Shown here: piece by piece, positions 22,958-32,902 of the stretch | Layout of the letters: each line of letters starts with the position of its first letter | How positions within the stretch are numbered: the stretch's first letter is position 1 | NCBI GenBank assembly: GCA_963709405.1 | Contig: CAVPXM010000086.1 | Span: forward strand, 1-48,371 | Length of the DNA: 48,371 nucleotides | Origin: an uncultured Nitrososphaerales archaeon | GTDB taxonomy: Archaea; Thermoproteota; Nitrososphaeria; Nitrososphaerales; Nitrososphaeraceae | Direction: 5' to 3' | Notes under the pieces: model-generated | What the model was told of the DNA's origin: nothing | Database searches by the model: none | What the model saw: the letters and a program-made list of their open reading frames with translations, nothing else | Translations under genes and position numbers: made by a program

Positions 22958-23877
22958 ATGTTAGCAAACGAGTTAGTATGTAAAGCATGTTATAAATTCT
23001 CCGATGTAATCACAGACACAGAGTCTGGCGAAATGATTTGCACAAATTGTGGTATCGTTATTAGTACTGATAAGTCACCTCAGCAGGTTACCCCAGAGTG
23101 GCGTGCATTTGATGCTAATCAAATGAGAGATAGAAGTAGAGTAGGAATGCCCATGACATTAACACGTCATGATAGAGGGCTTTCCACAGTAATTGGAAGA
23201 CCAGATAAGGATGCTAGTGGACATGGGCTGGACAATTCAATGAGTTCTATGATGCAAAGATTAAGGACATGGGACTATAGAATTCAAGTTAGTTCACCAA
23301 CGGATAGAAATCTTAAAAATGCGTTCGAGAAGCTTGACATGCTAAAAGGGAAGCTGGGGTTGCCAGGTAATGTAATAGAAAAGGCAGCCTATATCTATAG
23401 AAAAGTACAGCAACTGAGGATGGTTAGAGGAAGGACAATAGCTGCCTGCACTAGCGGCGTCTATCTATGTTGCTTCTAGGGAGGCTGGAGTTCCAAGAAC
23501 ATTATCAGAGGTAGCGTCTCTTAGCAATGTATCATACAAGGAGCTCTCAAAAGCATATAGGCAAATAGTTTTGAATCTAGATTTAAAAGTTCCAATGGTA
23601 GATCCAATAAAGTGTATTGCAAAGATTGCAAATAAAATGGAGATAAGCGAGAAAACAAAAAGGCATGCTGTAAATTATATGCGTGATGTAATAACAAGTG
23701 GAATTGCGGCAGGAAAAGATCCTATGGGATTAGCAGGAGCGGTTTTATACCTGTCGTTAATACGCAGCGATGAGCATAGGACTCAGTTAGATGTCGCCGT
23801 CTGCCTCTGGAGTATCAGAAGTAACTCTGAGAAACAGATGTAAAGAACTTAACATAAAGATTCCCCAGCTTAATTAG
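22958..23877 (+). pseudogene. tfb: Transcription initiation factor IIB paralog with two frameshifts (~23446, ~23799)
   Basis: Zn ribbon CKAC...GEMICTNCG, PEWRAF, HDRGLST, KAAYIYRK, GKDPMGLAG. The shifted frames give REAGVPRTL and GVSEVTLRNRCKEL. Confidence 0.92.
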
Positions 23878-23926
23878 TACAACAGCCCAAGTAGTTCCCC
23901 CATTTAATTAGTACAACAAACCAAGC
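23861..23926 (+). repeat. Imperfect ~31-bp direct tandem repeat at the tfb 3' end
   Basis: TTCCCCAGCTTAATTAGTACAACAGCCCAAG versus TTCCCCCATTTAATTAGTACAACAAACCAAG. Confidence 0.6.
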
Positions 23927-24454
23927 AAAAAAAGTGTAGCAGGAATATTTCTTATCAGTATAGTATATGTTGTATTCTTGCTATCACAGGCTAGGGATCT
24001 CGACCTGCAGTTACACTGTAGACAAAAGAAATATGCTGCTCCATTCTTTATTGTGATTATTTCCATAGTCTTAGAAAATCTGCGTTACCGTAGTTGAAGA
24101 TAATCCTAACAAGAGCGTGACTAGAAATGAAGTCGCATTTACTGATTCAGAGCTAGCTGACACTTCACATATTACTAACGTCTTCTAGGGGGTCTCTTGT
24201 GAGTTCTAGCTGCACTCTTCGAGTCAGTATCGTTTAGAACTAAGGAGGTACATTGGAATAACATCTCAGTCCTAGTATCTTAGGCTCACTGATGATCGAC
24301 ACACTTAATGCCCTTGATTTCGATAATGTAAAGATGGATTCTTGATCCTGGTTGCTACTCTTAATAATTTTGATTTTTATCTTTTGCTTAGAAAACTACA
24401 TTGAGGATTCTCTGTTCATGATTTATAATTATTATGTTGTTCGTGTTGTAGCTG

Positions 24455-24646
24455 ATCTTCCTAAATGGTACTGGTGGACGTCCTATGGTATTATTTGGTT
24501 TTTCTGGTGGAAGTATCAATCTTATTCCATCCCATAACTTGTCAGGGATTCTTTTGACAGCTGAAAGATAATTGACTCTATCGTAAGCCACACTTATGAA
24601 CAAAACCCTCTCAAGCTATATGTCTATCTATTTTTGGGATGGGTTC
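24455..24646 (-). mobile_element. IS5-family remnant (left end plus transposase start)
   Basis: Terminal GAACCCATCCCAAAA on the minus strand resembles the other IS5 IRs. IPDKLWDGIRLILPPEKPNNTIGRPPVPFRK is homologous to the 43545 ORF. Confidence 0.8.
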
Positions 24647-25203
24647 TAAGTCGATTTAATAATACCGCTTGTTTGATACTTCAAATAAATCTGAAGATCA
24701 TTTAAAAAACAGATCTGAAGGTAATATCCCTGCTAAACTATGCTGATAATGTAAAAGGTAGAATCTATCTCCAAAAACTAAAATATCTCCATTAGATATT
24801 AGATCTATTGCGTAATATATTGTTTCCCAATAGGGTAATTTGTATCGGATGGCACTATCAGTAAATAATATATACATTGAAAAATCCTTTGATCTGTTAT
24901 TTTGATTAAAACGATAAGAATTGTTTTATTCTACGCAATACTTTTTACATATACTTAAGTACAACGCTGTTGGTACATCTCATTGAAGGAGATATTATTC
25001 ATTGTATATTGTAATAGCTGTGGCAAAGATGATGAATTCCCACGTTAACAGATAGTAATAGTAAACAAGAGAAATCTAACGCTAACCAATTTTCAAATAT
25101 TAATAAAAATATAGGAAAGACCCAAGTATTATACGGCATTAATAATGTAATAAATGCAGAATTACAATTCTTCTCTAAAACAACAGGAAAAATCGATACC
25201 TGT

Positions 25204-26835
25204 ATGAATTATACAAGGCCGCCATTAGCCATTCAGGTTAAAACAATAAAGAAAGCTTTTTCTGATGCTAAAAGAAGAAATGTAAGACTAAGATACCTCA
25301 CTGAAATTACTAAAGACAATATCTCTTATTGCAAAGAGCTTATGACAATAGTAGATGAGCTAAGACATTTAGACGGTATAAAAGGGAATTTTATGTTGAG
25401 TGAAACAGAATACCTTTCTCCTGTAGTTTTGTTTGAGAAAGAAAAAGTAGCATCACAGATAATATACAGCAATGTAAAGGAAATTGTAGAACATCAGCTA
25501 TACGTTTTTGACACTTTTTGGAGCAGATCAATTCTAGCACAACAGAAAATAAGAGAGATTGAAGAAGGAATAGAAGCTGAATTTTATGAAGTTATTACTG
25601 ACCGCAAAAAAGCAGCTCAGATTCTTTTTGAATTAGCAAAATCGATAAAGAAAGAGGCACTAATTCTTCTTCCTAATGATAAATCGATGATAAGACTAAA
25701 CCGATTAGGAGTTATCGATTATACTATAAAGGCATCACAAGAAAAGGATGCAGAAGTGAAAATAATATGTCCTTTATCTGAAGTAAATTCTGAGATCGTC
25801 AAAAGAATATCGAGTAGCGCGCCTAATATCAAAATTCTAAATGGCAATAACTCTCTATACGGCATGTACATAGTGGATAGTGAAAAATTCCTTAGGGCTG
25901 AGCTTAAAGAACCAAATGCCGAAACGCTTTCAGAATCAATTGGGTTTACGTTCTATTCTAATAGCAAACTGAGTGTGGACTCATATAAATCAATATTTGA
26001 ATTGCTTTGGAACGAACACATGCTAAATGAAGAGTTAAGAAGAGTAGGAAAAATTGAAAGAGAGTTTATCACTGTAGCAGCTCATGAGTTAAGAAATCCT
26101 ATACAACCAATACTAGGTTTGACTGAGGTTCTTCGATCCATAATAAAAGAACCAGAACAACAGGAGTTGCTAGATGTCACTATTAGAAATGCAAAAAGAT
26201 TGCAACATCTTGCAGAAGATATTTTAGATGTAACAAAAATTGAAAGGCAATCACTTAATCTGAAATATGAGTCATTCAATCTAAATGACATAATAACAAA
26301 TGCTATAGATGATGTAACAATAAACATAGCCTCTTCTAAGAAGAGCCAACAAGGAAATGTAATAAAATTAGCATATCAGCCTCAGGTTATATTCATAGAA
26401 GCTGATAAAGCAAGGATAACTCAAGTAATTTCTAATCTTCTGAATAATGCAGTTAAATTTACAGAAGTAAAAATTAACGAAGGAGTAGGAGAAGGAGAAG
26501 GAAGAGCAATTATAAATATCAATACTGAAAAGGTTGATGATGTTCAGGCTATTGTCAGTATCAGGGATACTGGTACTGGAATAGATCCTGAAATATTGCC
26601 TAGGTTATTTGAAAAGTTTGCAACGAAATCTTATCAAGGAACTGGACTTGGACTATTCATATCAAAGGGCATAATTCAAGCTCATGGGGGTAAGATATGG
26701 GCTGAGAATAATAGGGATAATAAAGATGGCAAAAGAGGGGGAGCTACATTTAGATTTAGCCTACCAATCAGCAAAGAAAACAGCAGCATCATACGCAAAA
26801 ACAGTGGAGTAAATCAGCTCGTGACAAAAGAATGA
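25204..26835 (+). CDS. Cytoplasmic sensor histidine kinase with TrmB/PLD-like N-terminal domains
   Basis: H-box AAHELRNPIQPI, N-box NLLNNAVKF, DTGTGI, GTGLGL. No TM segment. The frame is open upstream to 25036. Confidence 0.95.
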   Translation: MNYTRPPLAIQVKTIKKAFSDAKRRNVRLRYLTEITKDNISYCKELMTIVDELRHLDGIKGNFMLSETEYLSPVVLFEKEKVASQIIYSNVKEIVEHQLYVFDTFWSRSILAQQKIREIEEGIEAEFYEVITDRKKAAQILFELAKSIKKEALILLPNDKSMIRLNRLGVIDYTIKASQEKDAEVKIICPLSEVNSEIVKRISSSAPNIKILNGNNSLYGMYIVDSEKFLRAELKEPNAETLSESIGFTFYSNSKLSVDSYKSIFELLWNEHMLNEELRRVGKIEREFITVAAHELRNPIQPILGLTEVLRSIIKEPEQQELLDVTIRNAKRLQHLAEDILDVTKIERQSLNLKYESFNLNDIITNAIDDVTINIASSKKSQQGNVIKLAYQPQVIFIEADKARITQVISNLLNNAVKFTEVKINEGVGEGEGRAIININTEKVDDVQAIVSIRDTGTGIDPEILPRLFEKFATKSYQGTGLGLFISKGIIQAHGGKIWAENNRDNKDGKRGGATFRFSLPISKENSSIIRKNSGVNQLVTKE

Positions 26836-27188
26836 GTAAAGCCTCTCTTGTAATAATGCTCGCTGATGAAATTTACTGAAAGTTCTTCAAAGTTATTCAA
26901 CATTGGATTCCAAACATGTGAGCAATACAAACATATCAACAATAAGTATCTGTGTCGAATGTAGATATTCTGGTAAGGTCCTGTTTCACATTCATCTACT
27001 CATACGTCTTGAAAATAGATTCCAAATCTAAAATATCTGTTGGCAGCTATGTTGAAGTCGGAACGATCTTAAGTTCTGTTCATGGAAAGTAACTTTCATA
27101 CTATAGCCTAGCAATTTGTTCTTAGCTCTCTAAAAACACTTATCCAATGGAGTTTTATAATCAATTGATAATTCTTAGTCTGTTTATA

Positions 27189-27662
27189 CTAAGCAGAAAA
27201 CTCCGGAAATAAACTTGTTGTATCTTCGTAAATAGGATCAGATAGCGTATTATTATTGTAGCTGTTGTTTAGTATAAGTGGCAGTGTTTCATATAGCTGT
27301 AAAATAGATTTTGTAAGAGCATGGATTTCTTTATGAGCTGAGATTTGAACAAATGGTTGATTTTCATATTTTCTGACTAGTTCCCATAAATCTCTACGTT
27401 GTTCATTTCATTCCATTATTCTTTGTCTGTATTCATCTACGTAGGCATCTTTACCTATTGAAAGGTTTCGCAACCATTCTTGAGCATCATATTTTGTTTT
27501 CTGTATAATATTGAGCAGACCCTTATTTGATAGAGTATTATTATATTTTCTTAGATTATCATTTAAATTTGATAAAATCTGTTTATGGTTGTATCCTCTC
27601 GCCCTACACACAAGTATTAAACTCTTAGTCTCTTCTTTTTCTAAGGCCCCCATTCTTGGCAT
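27189..27662 (-). pseudogene. Helical HTH protein (terminase-small-subunit-like) with in-frame TGA at 27408-27410
   Basis: The 84-aa ORF continues in frame after the TGA: NEQRRDLWELVRKYENQPFVQISAHKEIHALTKSILQLYETLPLIL... to TAG at 27189. Confidence 0.5.
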
Positions 27663-27766
27663 AAAACCATATATTTTATTAGTGTTTTATTGATAAATAA
27701 ATATATATACCAATAGAAAATATAACTCAGATTAATTTATGAATTACGCCTTTCTGTAGGCTCGTT

Positions 27767-28070
27767 TCAGAAAAATCCCCTTGACGGCAGAGTTAAGGTT
27801 GTTAAAAGGTTATCAAATAGGGCAGTATTCCCAAATAAAGTAACCAAGTAGTTGAGTTGTTCTCTAGGAAAATCCTTAATTTGCTGCAATATTCTCTCCT
27901 TACATGTCTGGGTATTAATTATGATAAGTCTTTTAGCATTATTATCATTCAGAGCTTCTAAAAAAAGCGTCATTTATAGACTTGTCTCTGAAGAAATAAC
28001 CAATACAGATGTAGATAGTATCAAACTTTAAGAATTTATTAAACGATTCATAGAGAGATACAAATGGCAG
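27767..28070 (-). pseudogene. SIR2-like (SIR2_2) domain protein, C-terminal remnant
   Basis: PFVSLYESFNKFL...ICIGYFFRDKSINDAF / LEAL...RLIIIN matches the IGYSFxDxxIN motif. There is a frameshift in an A/T homopolymer, and the 5' part is replaced by IS481. Confidence 0.6.
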
Positions 28071-28071
28071 G

Positions 28072-28384
28072 CTTAATCGTCGTAGATCAAGAATTGTCTC
28101 TTCTATTTCTGATGTTACCTTTCTACATGGAGTATTATGAGGTCTTTTAGAGTTATCTAGAAGTCCTTCTATCCCTTTCTGTTTGTATCTGTTATTCCAC
28201 TTGTAGTAAGTCTTTCTGGATGTACCGTATCTTTTACAAATATTAGATACTGTATCGCCAGTCCATTCTTTCTCATGTATTAGATTGAATTTAGTTATGA
28301 TTTCTATATGGATACACTTCCTGACAGCAGAAGTGTAACCCATGTCAGTAAGCTATAATGTCACCTATGTTAGGAAGTACAACA
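28072..28384 (-). mobile_element. IS481-family remnant (left end plus HTH region)
   Basis: Begins TGTTGTACTT on the minus strand. HEKEWTGD..ICKRYGTSRKTYYKW is homologous to the 45314 element and stops after TILDLR. Confidence 0.85.
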
Positions 28385-28548
28385 CCCAATCAACCAAAAC
28401 ATGGGAAGCCGAGGTGAGTGCATTCTGCTATATTATTGATGTTATTGACACATTAGTTGCAACCTCATGGGTTAGAACAGAGCTTATTCTAGATCTAGCT
28501 AATAAATCATATATCAAGTCATGTAACCATAAATAGCTGCATGCTATT

Positions 28549-28851
28549 TTGGGGATATGGAAGAAGAGAGAGAAACAAAAAACAAAAAAAATAGAGTTAT
28601 CCTTCCCCAAGTTACAATCACAAGAAGATAATGAATATATCTCAAAAGGAAAAGGTGGACAAGGGGAAATACTGGAGCGGTTTTCAGCTTCTGTGGAAGA
28701 GGTTTCAAGTTGGTACAAACAATACCAAGTAGACACAATAGAGTTATGGATCAGTGGTGTAATAGAAACTGGAGGAATAACTAAGTTAGTTGTTAGTGCT
28801 AAGGGCGAGGGTGGTTTGAGGGTCTTATTAAAGCCAAGAAATCAAGTATGA
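28549..28851 (+). CDS. Small Pepco/Trypco-like (peptidase co-occurring) protein
   Basis: The C-terminal half YQVDTIELWISGVIETGGITKLVVSAKGEGGLRVLLKP has the Gly-rich alternating beta-hairpin pattern of Pepco/Trypco domains. It lies directly upstream of a caspase. Confidence 0.6.
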   Translation: MGIWKKREKQKTKKIELSFPKLQSQEDNEYISKGKGGQGEILERFSASVEEVSSWYKQYQVDTIELWISGVIETGGITKLVVSAKGEGGLRVLLKPRNQV

Positions 28852-28968
28852 ACCAATTATGATATATAGACAGTTAATATAATTTATTAGCTTCACTAAT
28901 AACTTTTGTACGTAATATGGATTAATCTTATTATAATTGCCAAACTGAGTAAAACTATCCTAGGAAAA

Positions 28969-30415
28969 ATGAAAAATGGGCCTATAGTAATAGATCATGG
29001 GGAAGGAGAAAATATTACTACCAAAAAGAAGGCAATAGTAATCGGTGTTAGCGATTATAGCACCAACCTACAATCTCTTAACTTTTGCAAAAATGATGGA
29101 AAAGAGTTATCTGAGCTTCTGACATCGTTAGGATATGAAATTTTAGACAGTCATAGACTAATAGGATATATTAGATTTGATCAAATGAGAGAGGCAATTT
29201 ATGATTTCTTTGATAATGCATCTACCCAGGCCGATGAGACCCTTGTTTTCTATTTTTCTGGTCATGGTATACCAGCACCTGATGGAGATATGTGCCTTGC
29301 ATCCTCTGAAATAAATCCAGATGATCCTTACAGAAGAGGCTTTTCTTCCTACGAACTTACAAGGTTGATGCAGAGCAGCGTGTCATTGAGAGTGGTAACA
29401 ATTTTGGATTGTTGTTATAGTGGAGCAGCTAAGCTAAGCAAAGGACATGAAGACGATGCTGCAAAAATAGGGACCGACGCATTACGAAGCAAAGCAAGAA
29501 TACTTCAAGATGAGCAGCAAGGTGAAGGAAAATGTCTTTTAGCTGCAAGCCAAGCTCGCCCAAGAAGCTTACGGTCCAAAAAAACAAGACCATAGTATAT
29601 TTACTTACTATTTGCTCGAAGGATTAAGAGGAAATGAAAGATCTGTTGAAGTTAATGGTAATATTACGCCATATTCTTTAGGCAGCTACGTTTACAAGGT
29701 CATCATGAATCTTCCTCCAAAAAAGAGACCGAAACAGAAACCAATAACAAAAGTGGAGGCATCAGGCGATATTATACTTGCCAGTTATCCCAATCTTGTA
29801 AGGAGAGATTCTTCTGCTATTCTCACTCCTATTTCTTCTTCTGGCCTTCTTTTCTATTCCTTACTTCCAGAGCAGGTGTCACAACCTGCACAACAACGAC
29901 GACTAATATCACGATCACCTATCGCATCGCCTTACGCCTTAGATGAGGCAAGGCAAAAGACAAAAAAAGAACAATACGAGGCAGCACCAATTATAGCCAA
30001 AGCGGAGGAGAAAAAACAACCGCAACAACTACTCAGTAATTCTAAAGTGGCGATACTAATAGTAGTGATTGCTATAAGTCTAATTGTGGCATTTATTTTC
30101 ATCAGCGGAATACATACACAAGCACCCAATCATCTTCCATCAGCTATTGACCAGTCTATTATAACTAAGTTGAATACGCCTGTAAACATGACATTGGAAG
30201 GTATTGATCGAGATATACGTGATACAATAACTGCGGCTATCGTCACAATTCCATCTCATGGAACTTTACGTAATATCAACCAAGTTAGTGGTGTTATAAC
30301 TTATACGCCAAATCGGGACTTTGCTGGAGATGACAGCTTTACATACAAGGTAAATGATGGTAAAATAGATAGTAACAATATAGCTTTAGTGAAGATAAGA
30401 GTAGGTGTCCGGTAA
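28969..30415 (+). CDS. Membrane-anchored caspase-family (peptidase C14) protein with C-terminal Ig-like (Big_9/cadherin-like) domain; +1 frameshift at ~29557
   Basis: KKAIVIGVSDY, catalytic FYFSGHG and ILDCCYSG. SQA/AQEAY..HSIFTYYLLEGL spans the shift. TM VAILIVVIAISLIVAFIFISGI, then PSHGTL..ITYTPNRDFAGDDSFTYKVNDG. Confidence 0.9.
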
Positions 30416-30494
30416 GTGTATAGATCATCAACATGAGTGATGACAATATAACCTCTTTGACTTTATCCGATTTTGGTAATAAAGTGAGCAGCGT

Positions 30495-31750
30495 TTGGTA
30501 GCGAAAAAAAAGTCCGGAATAGAGCATACGAAAACTACATCCTCTGTCTTTCTACCATATTCTTCGTTTGCTGTCATATTGTCAGTGTTTCTCATGTTGT
30601 CCTCATTTACCACTGATATTGCCTTTAGTATTCCTAACCGTTATAACATACCATTAGTTGTTAATCATCCTCCTGTAGTCAAAGCTGGACCAGATCAAAC
30701 GGTAGAAGAAAATGGAACTGTAGTACTTCATGGCATAGCAAATGATTCTGATCCTGGTGATATAATCAGCTATTCATGGAGACAAATGGCTGGGCATGCT
30801 GTAAAATTAAGTAGCAGCAATAGCAAGAATCCGTCGTTTATTGCACCTAAGGTATCAGTTGATACTCAGCTGAGGTTTGCATTAACAGCTAGAGATGATA
30901 GAGGAGCTACAAGTATTACTCCTGCTAATGTTACTATTACAGTTGAACACATTAACCGTGCACTTGTAGCTAATGCTGGTACTGATCAGACAGTTAATGC
31001 AGGTTATGTTGTTATTTTGGATGGAAGTAAAAGCAGAGACCAGGACAATGATCCGTTGACTTACACCTGGAAAGAGACTGAAGGAACACCTGTAGTATTA
31101 AACGGTGCCAATACATCTATTGCTACCTTTACAGCTCCCAAAGGTATATCTTCAGACACAGATATGACATTTGAATTAACAGTTACTGATAGCAAGAATG
31201 CAACAAATACTTCTACTGTCAAAGTTACGGCCAAGTATGTACCACCACCGAATCAACCTTCAATAGCTAATGCTGGTTTAGATCAGACAGTTAATGCTGG
31301 AGATAAAGTTATTTTGTATGGTAGTGGTAGCAAAGATCCAGATGGTACTATAATATCCTACTCTTGGAAACAGTCTAGTGGTCCATCTGTTGCATTAAAC
31401 AGCTCTGACAGGGGAGGTAAAACATTTTCTGCCCCGCCTGTTTTATCCGTTACTACTTATCCGTTACTACTTTAGCTTTCTCTTTGACTGTCACAGATGA
31501 TAAAGGTGCTTCTAGTACTCCTGAGAATGTGGCTATCACTGTAAAACCACATGAGCCAATAGGTATCGGAGGCAATAAGACATCAAAACCTGTGTGTCAA
31601 TATATTCCTGGTCCTAGACATTCTTCTAATCTGATAAGCTCGTGTAATATGATATTGAGCATTCGTTATACTTCGTCAACAAGATTGTCAAGTCCTTCTA
31701 CGTCTATTAATTCGTCACTTTTAGCCCCTGCTATCCCCAAAATAATTTAG
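30495..31750 (+). pseudogene. Secreted PKD/REJ-repeat surface protein, frameshifted by a 14-bp tandem duplication
   Basis: Signal/TM segment and three repeats (NHPPVVKAGPDQTV, ANAGTDQTV, ANAGLDQTV; DGSKSRDQD; LTVTD). TTATCCGTTACTAC occurs twice at 31443-31470. Confidence 0.85.
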
Positions 31751-32437
31751 CCCCTTTATCCACTAGACATATTTTTCGAGATAACATATATCCTACTTCT
31801 GAAATATATATGTCTTCAATAAAGCCGAACGCTATTACGGAATGACTTACTGGCCATACTTTTGACATTTAGTGTTAACTATGACAAACTTAGGATATAA
31901 TATTTCCTAAATACTGGTAATGATTTTGGCATAGTTTTGTATACTGCTAAGGTTCGTTCTAAATAAGAATGACTTACCGTCAGAAGTAATGTTTTATATA
32001 TATATACAGCTCGAAGAGCATTAGAGGATTATTCTGAGTAAGGTACATAAATCTTGAAACCGTTCCTACAATTGATATAGACATTAAGTAACATTGTTAA
32101 CTTTAAAGGTAGAAATTCCTGCGAAGGATTTTGCAATAAGGCGCAATATTCAGGATAAATATGTGATACGGTAGAACTTATTATTAGCGGTAAATGGAAG
32201 GGGGTATCAGTTAACCAGTGGTTATATAAAGAATCGATAATTTACTAAGCCCGTAATATAACATGTCATACGTGTAGAATTTAATCATCTTAATGATTAG
32301 CACTGTAATTCTGAAATGATAAATATTGCGAGTAATCTTCTTGCATTTAGCATTTACATCGTTATAGAATGTAGAAATTTAGTATAAAAAATAAAGCAGT
32401 GCCTAAATCTTAGATTTACTTAATTTTTGTCGATTAA

Positions 32438-32710
32438 TTATTGTACTCCTATCACATTGACTGCATTACCATCGCCTTGCACCTGGTTAGCTAGATTTTG
32501 ACAATTAACATCAGAGGCTCCGTTACCATTACCACAGACATTTGCCTGGGCAATTGTTTGCTGATTATTGCCCCCGCCCCCTGATCTAGACTTTTTACAC
32601 TTGGCAAATGCATCTTGACTTGCAACTGCAGCGGTTATCACGATAGTAGATACAGCTATGACGGCAATAAGTGCGAGTATCTTATTGTTCATGATTAAGT
32701 ATGTTGACAC
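32438..32710 (-). CDS. Small secreted Asn/Gln/Gly-rich protein
   Basis: Signal peptide ending QDAFA, then NNQQTIAQANVCGNGNGASDVNCQNLANQVQGDGNAVNV. Confidence 0.75.
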   Translation of the reverse strand: MSTYLIMNNKILALIAVIAVSTIVITAAVASQDAFAKCKKSRSGGGGNNQQTIAQANVCGNGNGASDVNCQNLANQVQGDGNAVNVIGVQ

Positions 32711-32902
32711 GTGATTTATTTAATTTAAGAATATGTGTGCTCTAAGTTATTTCTAATTATTCTACTAGAAGATTAGGTTTAATTAATAAAAACATTAGAA
32801 TATATAATCACTACTTTAACAAAGCAGAAAGATAGTTGATAATAGATATCTATTCGGATAGCCTAGGTTATCGAACGACTTCCATGTTATCTTGACTGTC
32901 CC

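Noticed and set aside
23861-23926. Direct repeat as a mini CRISPR array
   Set aside because: Two imperfect adjacent copies, no spacer-length gap and no cas genes.
20930-27410. In-frame TGA codons as selenocysteine or recoding
   Set aside because: They fall at non-catalytic positions in decayed genes, other genes use TGA as a normal stop, and no supporting signal is visible.
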